The notes under the pieces: generated by a model
The model's input: the letters and a program-made list of their open reading frames with translations, nothing else
What the model was told of the DNA's origin: nothing
Databases searched by the model: none
Source: Nitrosopumilus sp.
Lineage (GTDB): Archaea; Thermoproteota; Nitrososphaeria; Nitrososphaerales; Nitrosopumilaceae
Assembly (NCBI GenBank): GCA_028377625.1
Contig: JAONKT010000001.1
Coordinates: 16,381 to 80,380, forward strand
Reading direction: 5' to 3'
Length of the DNA: 64,000 nucleotides
Position numbers and translations under genes: made by a program
Shown here: piece after piece, positions 20,870 to 30,118 of the stretch
Position numbering within the stretch: the stretch's first letter is position 1
Layout: the number at the start of each line of letters is the position of its first letter

Positions 20870-21133
20870 ATGGATGAAATTCTATTAAAGAAAATTGAAC
20901 AAAAAATTCAAGAAAGCATTTCAAATCAAAATGATATTAAAGAATTAATTAATTCACTTTCAACTATTGATGATTCTAAATCTTTTGCTTTGGGAATTGT
21001 TGTAGGTAGATTATACAATACTTTTTTCTATCAAACTAAAAGAATTCTTAAAAGAGATCCTACAAATCAAGAATTTGAAGATTTTTTAAAATTTGTTGAA
21101 AATAAGAAATCTGATTTAGAACGTCTATGGTGA
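20870..21133 (+). CDS. Hypothetical protein
   Basis: 87-aa ORF with TATA-like TTTTAAG upstream. Confidence 0.7.
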   Translation: MDEILLKKIEQKIQESISNQNDIKELINSLSTIDDSKSFALGIVVGRLYNTFFYQTKRILKRDPTNQEFEDFLKFVENKKSDLERLW

Positions 21134-21634
21134 TGGTTTATTCCATTCAATTACTTTGATTGTTGGTGTACCTGGTAATTTGACACATGATCCGTGAAGT
21201 GCTTTCTTTGCTGCAGTTAGATGTGCTTCACCATTAACGTATAATTCCATAATACATTGTCCTTGTCTTACTCTTGCACCTAGACTAGTTGCTTTCCCCC
21301 ATGATCTTCTCATTCCTTCTGAAACTCTATCTGCACCGGCAGTAGCAATTTGTTTATTTTCTCTTAAGAGATTATGTGGATAAATTCTAAGTCTTGAATA
21401 ATAACCTGTTTCACCAGTTGTTTTTTCTAATGTTTTGTTTGCTGCTAATCTAGTTGATTCAATAGCCATATGTCTAATTTGAAGTCGTTCATTCATCAAT
21501 AATTGAACGCAATATTCGTAAGTACCTCTTTTACCTCCTTGGAATTTTGCAATTTTAATTTGTGGTTTACCTTTGATGTATTCTTTTCTTGTAAATACTT
21601 GGCCTGTTCCATCTCTATAATTTGCACCATGCAT
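21125..21634 (-). CDS. rpl10e: 50S ribosomal protein L10e (uL16)
   Basis: QIRHMAIESTR, RIYPH.LRENK, AGADRVSEGMR; start set at ATG 21634 (MHGANYR). Confidence 0.95.
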   Translation of the reverse strand: MHGANYRDGTGQVFTRKEYIKGKPQIKIAKFQGGKRGTYEYCVQLLMNERLQIRHMAIESTRLAANKTLEKTTGETGYYSRLRIYPHNLLRENKQIATAGADRVSEGMRRSWGKATSLGARVRQGQCIMELYVNGEAHLTAAKKALHGSCVKLPGTPTIKVIEWNKPSP

Positions 21635-21730
21635 GATAATCTCAACCATGAACTCCCATATTTTAACGGTTAGCCGATAATTGTTCATATTTCCAATGCT
21701 TATATGGAAATCATCCATTTTTTCATCAAT

Positions 21731-22294
21731 ATGGATGAAAACTCTGAAGTTACTGGTGATCTGATTTTAGATCAGGCATGTATTTCTAAAAAGAATATGA
21801 TCCATGATCTTGAACAAAAAGGATTTGGCGAAATCGAGAATGGGAAATTACTTCTTAAATCTTTTGAGACTTTGTATTTGCTGTATACTAGAAAATTACT
21901 TTTAAAGAAAAATAAAAAACAAATCGATTTCGATAATTTTATGACTATTTGTCAAAAAACTAATTCTGAAATTCTTACAAAATTTTTGATATTTCGAGAT
22001 CTCAAAAATCGAGGATATGTTGTAAAAGATGGATTTGGATTTGGTTCTGATTTTAGAGTTTATGAGCGGGGACATTTTGGTGAAAAAGGGGCAAAATTTC
22101 TAATTTTTGGTCTCAATGAGGGACAACAAGAAAAGATGGGATTGTTACAAAAGAAAATTGATGAAATTACTCAAATGGGAAAAGAACCAATTATCGCAGT
22201 AATTGAAAGACGTGGTGAGGTTATTTATTACAAAATTAACAAAATGAATTTTTTTGAAAATAAAGCAAGATTAGATAATTCTTTTGAATTCTAA
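21731..22294 (+). CDS. endA: tRNA-splicing endonuclease subunit
   Basis: FETLYL, FRDLKNRGYVVKDGFGFGSDFRVYERG. Confidence 0.85.
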   Translation: MDENSEVTGDLILDQACISKKNMIHDLEQKGFGEIENGKLLLKSFETLYLLYTRKLLLKKNKKQIDFDNFMTICQKTNSEILTKFLIFRDLKNRGYVVKDGFGFGSDFRVYERGHFGEKGAKFLIFGLNEGQQEKMGLLQKKIDEITQMGKEPIIAVIERRGEVIYYKINKMNFFENKARLDNSFEF

Positions 22295-22947
22295 ATCTGT
22301 GTAACCCATTTTGATGAATATTTTAAAAGATTATTTTCTTCTGCATACATAAAATCACAAACATCTACGTACTTTGTTTTATTTTGCCATAAATCCTCAA
22401 AATCTTTCAATTTTCTTTCAACTCTTGTTTTATCATTCCATGATGTAAACACATCAACTGATTCAAAATCTCTTGTTTGACTTGAAAATGATTCTTTTGA
22501 TGTCCCTGTAAATGCAACTTGCTCATCTTCATCATCTCTAAAAATTCCAATCCTTTCTGAGAATGCATCTGCAATACGTTCTGAATTTGGAATGGCAATT
22601 TTTAATTCAATTTGTCCATTATTCACTATGTTTTGTAATTTCTGAATTTTACTATTTTTAATGAATTTTCCTTCAAATGATTTTGTAAATTTCTCAGAAA
22701 ATAATTTTGTAAATATGTTGAGATCCTCTGTCTTGTATCTATGCCCTGTAATCATTCTTAATTTTGCTTTACCTCCATCAAAATTGTCAAATGCCATTGA
22801 TATTGTAGCTAATGCCTGAATTGACAAAAAATTAACACATCTATCATATTGGATACAATTACTTAAGCAAGGGAAAAAAAATTCTGCAACAATGTCATCT
22901 GTATCCGAACGATACTCTTCTTTGAGATTGATGTCCTTTAGACCCAT
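22291..22947 (-). CDS. Stand-alone PLD-like domain resembling the N-terminus of PLD-SF2 helicase proteins; catalytic motif degenerate
   Basis: EYRS..DDIV.EFF.PCL...YDR, GIFRD, VAFTG, ESVDVFTSW, FEDLW; no HxK. Confidence 0.7.
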   Translation of the reverse strand: MGLKDINLKEEYRSDTDDIVAEFFFPCLSNCIQYDRCVNFLSIQALATISMAFDNFDGGKAKLRMITGHRYKTEDLNIFTKLFSEKFTKSFEGKFIKNSKIQKLQNIVNNGQIELKIAIPNSERIADAFSERIGIFRDDEDEQVAFTGTSKESFSSQTRDFESVDVFTSWNDKTRVERKLKDFEDLWQNKTKYVDVCDFMYAEENNLLKYSSKWVTQI

Positions 22948-23001
22948 AGCTAAGAACTGTAATTTTCATATTTAAGGCAATAACTTGTAATTAATTTTAA
23001 G

Positions 23002-23076
23002 TGCTCCCATCGGGATTTGAACCCGAGTCTTTGGCTTGAGAAGCCAAAATGCTTAACCGGACTACACTATGGGAGC
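23002..23076 (-). tRNA. tRNA-Glu (CTC), no encoded CCA
   Basis: GCTCCCA...TGGGAGC-A; anticodon arm TTGGC-TT-CTC-AA-GCCAA. Confidence 0.97.
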
Positions 23077-23186
23077 TTGATGAAAAACCACCTCATCTTA
23101 ATTTAAAGGAAATGTTTTGAGTTTGAATAAAGTTGTAAAAATTTATGACTTGATTCCTTTATACAAAAAATACTGTGTGAAATTAT

Positions 23187-24071
23187 ATGGATTTAAAAAA
23201 ATTTATTGAAAATCAAGGATTATCTAATTTCCCTATTGGATTAGGGGGATGTCGAAATTTAGATTATTTTTTTGATTCTTGTGATTATGATCTAATGGTT
23301 TTTGATGAAAATTCTTCAAATAATCAGATTATTTCATTTGAGAATGACATGATTACAATTCATCACTCATCTTTATCTGAAACAAATACAAAAAAACTTC
23401 TTCAATATGATAAATTAAAAATTATTCAAGACGAATCATGGAATTTGAAAATGTTTCTTTCTAAAATTTCTGAAAAACGTGATTCACTATTTTCTGATTT
23501 TGCAAAAAATTCTTTAATTGAATCTATATTTTGTTGCCAAAAAACTAAAGATGCAATTCAAAACGAAGATCCTTTTGCCGCATGTTGGCAAAAATGTGCT
23601 TGCTACTACTTGGCTGATGCGATATCTTCTTTGAATCATAATTCTTCCAGTCCGTCACACATGCTTGATTCTCTTCGGAAATTTCCAAAAAATTCTATTA
23701 ATAATCATATCTCCAATATTCTTCAAACTATTGGTATTGAAAGAGCAACCCCTACATTGTTAGAACGTATGTTAAAATCTTCCATTGGTTTTTCTGATTT
23801 AATAGAAAAAAATAATCATTCTGAACTAATTCAAAGAAAATATGATTATTTCATGGAAAATTCAATGCTTTCTGATTGCTACTTTTATCTCGGATATGTC
23901 AATAAAGAAAATTTTATTTCAATAAAATATGAATTGAATAATAGAGAGGAACTTATGCATTTACTAAAAATTGCTTTTGACATTGAATCTGAAACTAACC
24001 TGCTTTTACATCACGCAGAAACTGTCCAAATTAGTTGTAGTCAAATCATTGGGACATTTTCTCAAGCCTAA
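23187..24071 (+). CDS. Hypothetical protein with degenerate nucleotidyltransferase-like N-terminus
   Basis: IGLGGC...SCDYDLMVF resembles hG[GS]...DxD; helical C-terminal half. Confidence 0.6.
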   Translation: MDLKKFIENQGLSNFPIGLGGCRNLDYFFDSCDYDLMVFDENSSNNQIISFENDMITIHHSSLSETNTKKLLQYDKLKIIQDESWNLKMFLSKISEKRDSLFSDFAKNSLIESIFCCQKTKDAIQNEDPFAACWQKCACYYLADAISSLNHNSSSPSHMLDSLRKFPKNSINNHISNILQTIGIERATPTLLERMLKSSIGFSDLIEKNNHSELIQRKYDYFMENSMLSDCYFYLGYVNKENFISIKYELNNREELMHLLKIAFDIESETNLLLHHAETVQISCSQIIGTFSQA

Positions 24072-24203
24072 TTCATTTTTTTTATTTCATTCTAAATTAA
24101 GTCGATCACAATTTTTTAATTTTTATTATTATGTTTGCATTTGGATTTTAATAATCTCCATCTTTGTACTAACCTTTTAAAACAAGTAATATCTTAAAAC
24201 TGC

Positions 24204-24350
24204 ATGACAGATCAAGCATGTGGTTGCGAAGCTGATAGCGGCGACCCAGATTACTCATGTGATTGTGCAATGCAAGGAGCCTGTATATGCAGTGCAGATT
24301 GCAAATGCAACACTGATGTTTGTAAAGAAGCTGTTTCACAAATGAGTTAA
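24204..24350 (+). CDS. Metallothionein-like 48-aa Cys-rich protein
   Basis: MTDQACGCEADSGDPDYSCDCAMQGACICSADCKCNTDVCKEAVSQMS; 9 Cys, four CxC; TATA TTTTAAAA at 24175-24182; T-rich tract downstream; not in ORF track. Confidence 0.8.
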   Translation: MTDQACGCEADSGDPDYSCDCAMQGACICSADCKCNTDVCKEAVSQMS

Positions 24351-24384
24351 AACAGATATTTACAATCTAATTTTTTATTTTTAT

Positions 24385-24552
24385 TTAATCTTCTTCTTGC
24401 TCAAAGCCCCAAGATTTTACTAATTCTTTTTGGAACTTGTCTGCTTGTTTTTCATCTAATGAAAATCCACAATTTTTATGAGTAGGAACGACTGTCATAC
24501 CATCCAATTTGAATTCTACTTCAAACAAGTGTACTTTAGAACATTCGCACAT
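24385..24552 (-). CDS. 55-aa small protein with CxC...H...HxxC motif
   Basis: MCECSKVHLFEVEFKLDGMTVVPTHKNCGFSLDEKQADKFQKELVKSWGFEQEED; not in ORF track. Confidence 0.75.
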   Translation of the reverse strand: MCECSKVHLFEVEFKLDGMTVVPTHKNCGFSLDEKQADKFQKELVKSWGFEQEED

Positions 24553-24677
24553 TTCTGTTTTTTTTTGAATATTCCTCTATATTTGCCTATTTGAATTGAA
24601 TTTTAATACCTATTTTTGGCATTTTTTGATTATTTGAATAACGTTTAACTATCCGTTTTGATAATTTTTTTTTAGAT

Positions 24678-26189
24678 TTGAAGGCGATCTTATCCATTCC
24701 AATTATTCTTGTTTTGTTTCTAGGATTAACTATGACTTCATCTGCTTATGGCCAGATTGAAGCTGGAGGTGTAAGTTCTGAAGCATTCCCACCTGGATCT
24801 ACTTGGTATGCTGGTGAGGGCCTCAAAAAGGGCGATTTCTTTTCTTATTCAACATGTTATGTGGATTACAAAGAATGTGCTAATTTTGAAATAAATTTTT
24901 GGATTAAAGGTGATAAAGTAGTTGGTAGTGAAACTAAATGGTTAGCTGAAGTTGTTGTTTATGATGGCAATAAAGTAATTGTTGGTGAAATGGAACTTGG
25001 TAAAATTGCCCCAGAACCTACTGGTGGTACTCCCGACCTAGGTGTTTACCGTGGTGCATTCAAATCTTCAATTGCTTGGTTATCTGCTTTCGCAACATCT
25101 GATGGAAGTTCTGGAGGAAAAGGTCCTAAAGCATTTGATGCTGCATCTTGGGGTAAAATTGGAAATATTGGTGGTCAACAAGTCGTTCCATTAGAAATTG
25201 CAACAATTACAGTTCCTGCTGGAACTTGGGAAACTGTAGCAATGTCTTGGAAAACAGGTGGGGCTGTAAGTAAAGTTTGGATTGCAGATGATTTTCCATT
25301 TCCAATAAAAGCTAAAACTTTCACTCATGTTGCTGAAGGTATTCCACCTCCAGAGTATGACTTTGAATTATTAATATATGAAAATAGATCAGACTCTCCA
25401 TTTGTTGGAATTGAATCTACTACAAATGCATTAGTTGAAGCTGGTTGTGATACTGATATTGAAAAAGAAATTTACGTTAAAAAATCTAGTAAAAATTTTA
25501 GATACCAAATTCATACTGTCTATGGACCTGAACATCCAGTTCAGGGATGTGAAATACAATTTCTAGTTAGTTTCTTAAAATTTAGTGATGAAACTGAATT
25601 TTTGAATCAAGTACAATATGATATTTTTGTTGTAGATGATAATGGAATTCAAACAAGATCTATAGCACAAGAAGAAGGTAGACTGTACCTGTATTCTCCT
25701 TCTGGTCAGGCTCTGATTGATTTTATTGTTAAAGAGGATCCTGGAACTGCAAATTATGTAATTTGGATTTATGGATTATCTCCAGACGGTGTTGTTCCTT
25801 CTGGACCTTCTGATTATCTACAAATAGAAATTCCAATTTATGCTTCAGATGGAAGTATACCTGTTGAAAAAATCCCATCATGGATTAAAAACAATGCAGG
25901 TTGGTGGGCTGATGGTACAATCGATGATAATTCATTTGTTCAAGGAATTCAATTTTTAATTAAAGAAAAAATAATGAAAATTCCAAAAACTACACAAGGA
26001 ACTGGTGGAAGTTCAAATGAAATCCCAGTATGGATTAAAAGTAATGCTGGTTGGTGGGCAAATGGTGACATAAATGATGAAACATTCATTCAAGGAATTC
26101 AATTCTTGATTGAAGAGGGAATACTCAAAGTTCCTCAACCTCGTCAAAATACTTCCACTGGTGCTGCACCTCCAGGATTGTTTGGATAG
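24678..26189 (+). CDS. Secreted protein with two C-terminal thaumarchaeal IPxWIKxNAGWW repeats
   Basis: Signal peptide; IPSWIKNNAGWWADG...FVQGIQFLI and IPVWIKSNAGWWANG...FIQGIQFLI. Confidence 0.85.
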   Translation: MKAILSIPIILVLFLGLTMTSSAYGQIEAGGVSSEAFPPGSTWYAGEGLKKGDFFSYSTCYVDYKECANFEINFWIKGDKVVGSETKWLAEVVVYDGNKVIVGEMELGKIAPEPTGGTPDLGVYRGAFKSSIAWLSAFATSDGSSGGKGPKAFDAASWGKIGNIGGQQVVPLEIATITVPAGTWETVAMSWKTGGAVSKVWIADDFPFPIKAKTFTHVAEGIPPPEYDFELLIYENRSDSPFVGIESTTNALVEAGCDTDIEKEIYVKKSSKNFRYQIHTVYGPEHPVQGCEIQFLVSFLKFSDETEFLNQVQYDIFVVDDNGIQTRSIAQEEGRLYLYSPSGQALIDFIVKEDPGTANYVIWIYGLSPDGVVPSGPSDYLQIEIPIYASDGSIPVEKIPSWIKNNAGWWADGTIDDNSFVQGIQFLIKEKIMKIPKTTQGTGGSSNEIPVWIKSNAGWWANGDINDETFIQGIQFLIEEGILKVPQPRQNTSTGAAPPGLFG

Positions 26190-26248
26190 TTCCTTTTTTG
26201 ATGTCTTACATTCAAATTGTTGAAATTACAACTAATTTGTGATAATAA

Positions 26249-26608
26249 ATGGTAGGTCTTTTCAAACAACCCAAACGTCATTTAAAGAAATTAGTAAAAG
26301 ATGGTGAATACACTGATGCAATTGTATTTGGTAAAAACTTGGAGTCTGAATATTCCGATGATTCTGATTTTATGTTCATTATGGGAAGTATTTACTTTAT
26401 TGTTGATGATGCAAAAAAAGCATTACCCTATTTTGAAAAATCTTTTCAATTAAATTCTGATGATATTGAAATGTTAACTCTCAAAACTAATGTTCATTTA
26501 GCATTAGAACAAAAAGATGAAGCAATATCTTGTTGTAAAAGAATTTTGAAACTAAACCCAAAAAATTCTGAAGCTGAATCCTTACTTGAACAATTAGAAA
26601 ATCTTTGA
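26249..26608 (+). CDS. TPR protein
   Basis: TPR consensus (G.IY...A..YFEK, A....RIL.LNPKN); paralogue of 61409-61801. Confidence 0.85.
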   Translation: MVGLFKQPKRHLKKLVKDGEYTDAIVFGKNLESEYSDDSDFMFIMGSIYFIVDDAKKALPYFEKSFQLNSDDIEMLTLKTNVHLALEQKDEAISCCKRILKLNPKNSEAESLLEQLENL

Positions 26609-26613
26609 AATAA

Positions 26614-27090
26614 TTATTTCTTTTTCATCTCATATGCATTTTCCATTAACCAATTACAAAATGCTGTAACATTCTCATTAAATTCCGTCCAAATATGTAC
26701 TGAATGTGGTAAGATATCTATTTTCCAATTATTTGTAAACACTCGAACTCCTTCTTTATTTTCATACATGTATGCATCCTCTGTTTTTACATCTCCTAAC
26801 ATTTCAATTGCTTTTTGCTTAATAATTTCTCTATCTATCGGAAATCTTTTTCGATCATAATCTACAATTAAACTCAAATCCCTTTTACCGTACATTTCAT
26901 ATTCTTCTATCCTGCCTTCCTTTGGAAAATTTACAATTAATTTGATATTGTATCTTTTACCCACTTCTTTTCCAATTTCCACTATTCTGTTATATCCTAA
27001 ACCTGGATTCTTTTTGATAAGAAATCTAATTTGTGCAAGTTCTTTTTTTAGTTCATTTTGTAAATCTGTAATTAATTCTGTAAATATCAT
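26614..27090 (-). CDS. Hypothetical protein
   Basis: ORF with protein-like composition; start at ATG 27090 preferred. Confidence 0.75.
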   Translation of the reverse strand: MIFTELITDLQNELKKELAQIRFLIKKNPGLGYNRIVEIGKEVGKRYNIKLIVNFPKEGRIEEYEMYGKRDLSLIVDYDRKRFPIDREIIKQKAIEMLGDVKTEDAYMYENKEGVRVFTNNWKIDILPHSVHIWTEFNENVTAFCNWLMENAYEMKKK

Positions 27091-27394
27091 TAATTGATAC
27101 ATGAAAAATTCCTATTATAATGGGTTATTGTTAGACCTATCTTCTAAGTGAAAGACAATAATTCATTATTTTCATTTCTTTCTAGAAATTTTTCTTTTTC
27201 TTTTTTATGATTTATTTTACAATAAAAGCAATTTTTGATATTATTGTCATGTGTACAGTAATTCATGTTTTGAGAAGATCATTGTTTTATTTTAGCAATT
27301 TTTTACAGTTCTTTACACCTGTTCATTTTTTTCTTTTTTTTTAAATTAATCTCAATCAAGATTAGTTTTTTTAGAACTCTATTTAATTCAGAAT

Positions 27395-28039
27395 ATGGCA
27401 ATGCCTGAAGGATATGATGGAATGAGAACTGGTGATGAATCAGAGAGAACCAATGATCCTAATGAATACAAGCGTACATGTATTGATTTTATTGAAGATA
27501 TTTCTCATGATTATGAAGCATGGGTTGATTATTACAAATTACCTGAAGATGAAGATAAACGTAGACGTGCAGGAATTCATGGTACTATAACCCGAACAAA
27601 TGAATGGTTAGCTAAAGTTGCACAATCTATCAAAGCAGTAGATGTTATAATGAATGATGGCATTCAAAAAATGGCAGAATCTACTGCAGGTAAACCTCTT
27701 GAAATTGGAGTTTTTGTAAATCAAAAATCTGGATACACTGAAACAAAACCTGGAATCATTGATGTACTTGTTAAAGGACATCCTCGAAAAAATAGAAAGA
27801 TGAAACTTGGTTATCATTTTAAGGATGATCGATTTCGTATAGAATCCACATGTGGTGCATATTTAGAAGAAATTAATTTGCCTACTGGAGAATTTGATGA
27901 CTTAGATATTCATCTTAAACTTCATGCAGAAAATGCTAAACCTCGAGATGTAATTTCATTCACTGTAACTGTTAGTGAATTTGAAAATGATGTGGAGATG
28001 GATAAACGTGGTGTTTCTACTGTGGTTCATTTGGTTTAA
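27395..28039 (+). CDS. Hypothetical protein
   Basis: 214-aa ORF; helical N-half, beta-rich C-half. Confidence 0.8.
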   Translation: MAMPEGYDGMRTGDESERTNDPNEYKRTCIDFIEDISHDYEAWVDYYKLPEDEDKRRRAGIHGTITRTNEWLAKVAQSIKAVDVIMNDGIQKMAESTAGKPLEIGVFVNQKSGYTETKPGIIDVLVKGHPRKNRKMKLGYHFKDDRFRIESTCGAYLEEINLPTGEFDDLDIHLKLHAENAKPRDVISFTVTVSEFENDVEMDKRGVSTVVHLV

Positions 28040-28051
28040 TTTTTCTTAATT

Positions 28052-28375
28052 TCATTTAGAATCTAATGTAACTTCAATTGCAACTCTTTTTTCATTGGCT
28101 CGTTCTTCTCCTGGATATTTTAATTGTGAAATTTTTTTGTTTAATTCCTCATCTGTTACTATTGATGCATTTCCAGTAAACTCCATATTATTATATTGAA
28201 TTTTCACTTCAGAATTTGCAATTACATTTTGAAACCAATCTCCGTCTGGTCGATGTCTAGAAAAATATATTTTTCCATTATAATTTACTGCTCTTAACCA
28301 TACTGAATGAGAATTTCCTGTTTTTCTACCCTTTGTAATTAAAATTGGTCTGAATCTTTCTTCTTGTATTTCCAT
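28052..28375 (-). CDS. Deazaflavin(F420)-dependent oxidoreductase-like split beta-barrel protein
   Basis: LITKGRKTG, DWFQNVIANSEV, KY motifs of DDN/FDOR-A family. Confidence 0.8.
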   Translation of the reverse strand: MEIQEERFRPILITKGRKTGNSHSVWLRAVNYNGKIYFSRHRPDGDWFQNVIANSEVKIQYNNMEFTGNASIVTDEELNKKISQLKYPGEERANEKRVAIEVTLDSK

Positions 28376-28462
28376 GCCTATTATAATCTGTCAAGTAATT
28401 TAACCCCATTGATAGAAATTTCTAATATCTGATATCATAAGGAAATTTTGTAATTATTAGAC

Positions 28463-28915
28463 ATGTCAGTGAAATTAGAAGGAATGCCTGAAAACATAAC
28501 CACAGCTGATACTTTTACTGGAAAAAAAGTAATCGATAGAGAAGGAATTGAATATGGTAAAGTGAAACATATCCATATTCATCAAGATACTCTTACTGTA
28601 TCTGGTGTAACTATTCACCAGGGATTCAACAAAGATTATTTTCTCTCTCATGATTACATCGACAAATTCTCTGATGAGCGTCTACTTCTTAGTAGACCCC
28701 CTGTAAGAACTGGAGTTCCAGTAGTTGATATTGATAGCCACAAAATTGGTAAAATCAAAAGATTGCATAAACATCCAGACACCAATGAATTGGAATCAAT
28801 TGAAGTAAGTTATGGTTTGATGCATTCAAAAATTCTATCCAAATCTGAAATTTGGGGAATTGGTGAAAAAATCATCTTAGGGATGACCAAAGAAGAATTT
28901 AAGAATCTTGAATAA
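28463..28915 (+). CDS. Tandem PRC-barrel protein
   Basis: GKKVIDREGIEYGKVK and GVPVVDIDSHKIGKIK repeats. Confidence 0.85.
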   Translation: MSVKLEGMPENITTADTFTGKKVIDREGIEYGKVKHIHIHQDTLTVSGVTIHQGFNKDYFLSHDYIDKFSDERLLLSRPPVRTGVPVVDIDSHKIGKIKRLHKHPDTNELESIEVSYGLMHSKILSKSEIWGIGEKIILGMTKEEFKNLE

Positions 28916-28932
28916 TTCTTAATTTTTTTATT

Positions 28933-29025
28933 CTATTTTTTTGCACACTTTGCACAAACAGGACTCCCATCTTCTAATGTGATTTCTACATTTGATGAGT
29001 GACATTTTTGACATAATCCTTTCAT
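28933..29025 (-). CDS. 30-aa C4 zinc-finger micro-protein
   Basis: MKGLCQKCHSSNVEITLEDGSPVCAKCAKK; two CxxC; not in ORF track. Confidence 0.7.
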   Translation of the reverse strand: MKGLCQKCHSSNVEITLEDGSPVCAKCAKK

Positions 29026-29119
29026 GTCTCATCTACTCAAAATCCTCTTTTTAAATTTTTTATGGGTATGATTTGATCTAATACTTAGCAATTTATAATT
29101 CCCAAAGGAGATCAAATTA

Positions 29120-30118
29120 TTGTATTCTATAGAAACAAAATCTCTAACTAAATCTTTTGGAGATTTGGTTGCAGTTAATGATATTTCCTTTTCAGTCAAG
29201 CAAGGAGAAATTTTTGGATTTTTGGGACCTAATGGAGCTGGAAAAAGTACGACAATGATGATCTTCACTACTTTACTCAAACCTACATCTGGAAAAGCAA
29301 TGATTGCTGGTTTTGATGTTATGAAAGATGCTAAACATGTAAGAGAAAATATTGGATTTGTTCAACAAGAAACTACTGTTGATGAATATCTCACTGGACG
29401 TGAGAATTTATTGCTACAAGCAAAATTAAATCATATTCCAAAAAATGAAATTAATAAAAGAATTGACGAAGTTTTGGATTTAATAGAACTTTCCGATAAG
29501 CAGGATCAAGCTGTAGTGACATATTCTGGAGGCATGAGAAAGAGATTGGATATTGCTGGTGGACTCTTACATCATCCTAAAGTTTTGTTTTTAGATGAGC
29601 CTACTGTTGGGTTGGATATTCAAACTAGGAGAAAAATTTGGCAATATATTAAAAAAATCCATATTGAATTTGAGATGACTATTTTTGTAACTACTCACTA
29701 TATGGAAGAAGCAGATAATCTTTGTGATAGAATAGGAATTATTGATGGCGGTAAAATTCAAGTAATTGATTCTCCACAAAATATGAAAAATGCTCTAGGT
29801 AATGAAATTATTTCATTAGTTGTAGAAGACAATAATAATCATGATTCATTTCTAGTGGAATTAAAAAAAATTGAATTTATTAAAAAAATTAATCAAGATG
29901 ATTCTAAACTAATTCTTTTTACTTCTAATGGAACTGAAGTTATTCCAAAAATTTTTCAAATATCATCTGATCTTGGAATTAAAATCATCACTATCTCATT
30001 AACACAGCCTACTTTGGATGATGTTTTCATTTCTTACACTGGGCATGAAATTAGAGATGATAAATCAAAATTTAATCGAAAAATTGAACATGCAAAAATG
30101 AAGAGGTTACGGGCATGA
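29120..30118 (+). CDS. ABC-2 exporter ATP-binding subunit (DrrA-like)
   Basis: GPNGAGKST, YSGGM, LDEPT, TTHYMEEA. Confidence 0.95.
   Translation: MYSIETKSLTKSFGDLVAVNDISFSVKQGEIFGFLGPNGAGKSTTMMIFTTLLKPTSGKAMIAGFDVMKDAKHVRENIGFVQQETTVDEYLTGRENLLLQAKLNHIPKNEINKRIDEVLDLIELSDKQDQAVVTYSGGMRKRLDIAGGLLHHPKVLFLDEPTVGLDIQTRRKIWQYIKKIHIEFEMTIFVTTHYMEEADNLCDRIGIIDGGKIQVIDSPQNMKNALGNEIISLVVEDNNNHDSFLVELKKIEFIKKINQDDSKLILFTSNGTEVIPKIFQISSDLGIKIITISLTQPTLDDVFISYTGHEIRDDKSKFNRKIEHAKMKRLRA

Noticed and set aside
20729-23076. Similar sequence at both tRNA 3' ends as att sites of an integrated element
   Set aside because: Similarity is just the conserved T-arm; no integrase; intervening genes include core rpl10e and endA.
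23971-24180. 69-aa ORF and the many other short overlapping or antisense ORFs in the track
   Set aside because: They overlap well-supported genes or low-complexity AT-rich DNA and have no motifs.
27103-27394. Long AT-rich spacer as ncRNA or replication origin
   Set aside because: No stable structure, ORB repeats or adjacent cdc6 seen; consistent with divergent promoters.
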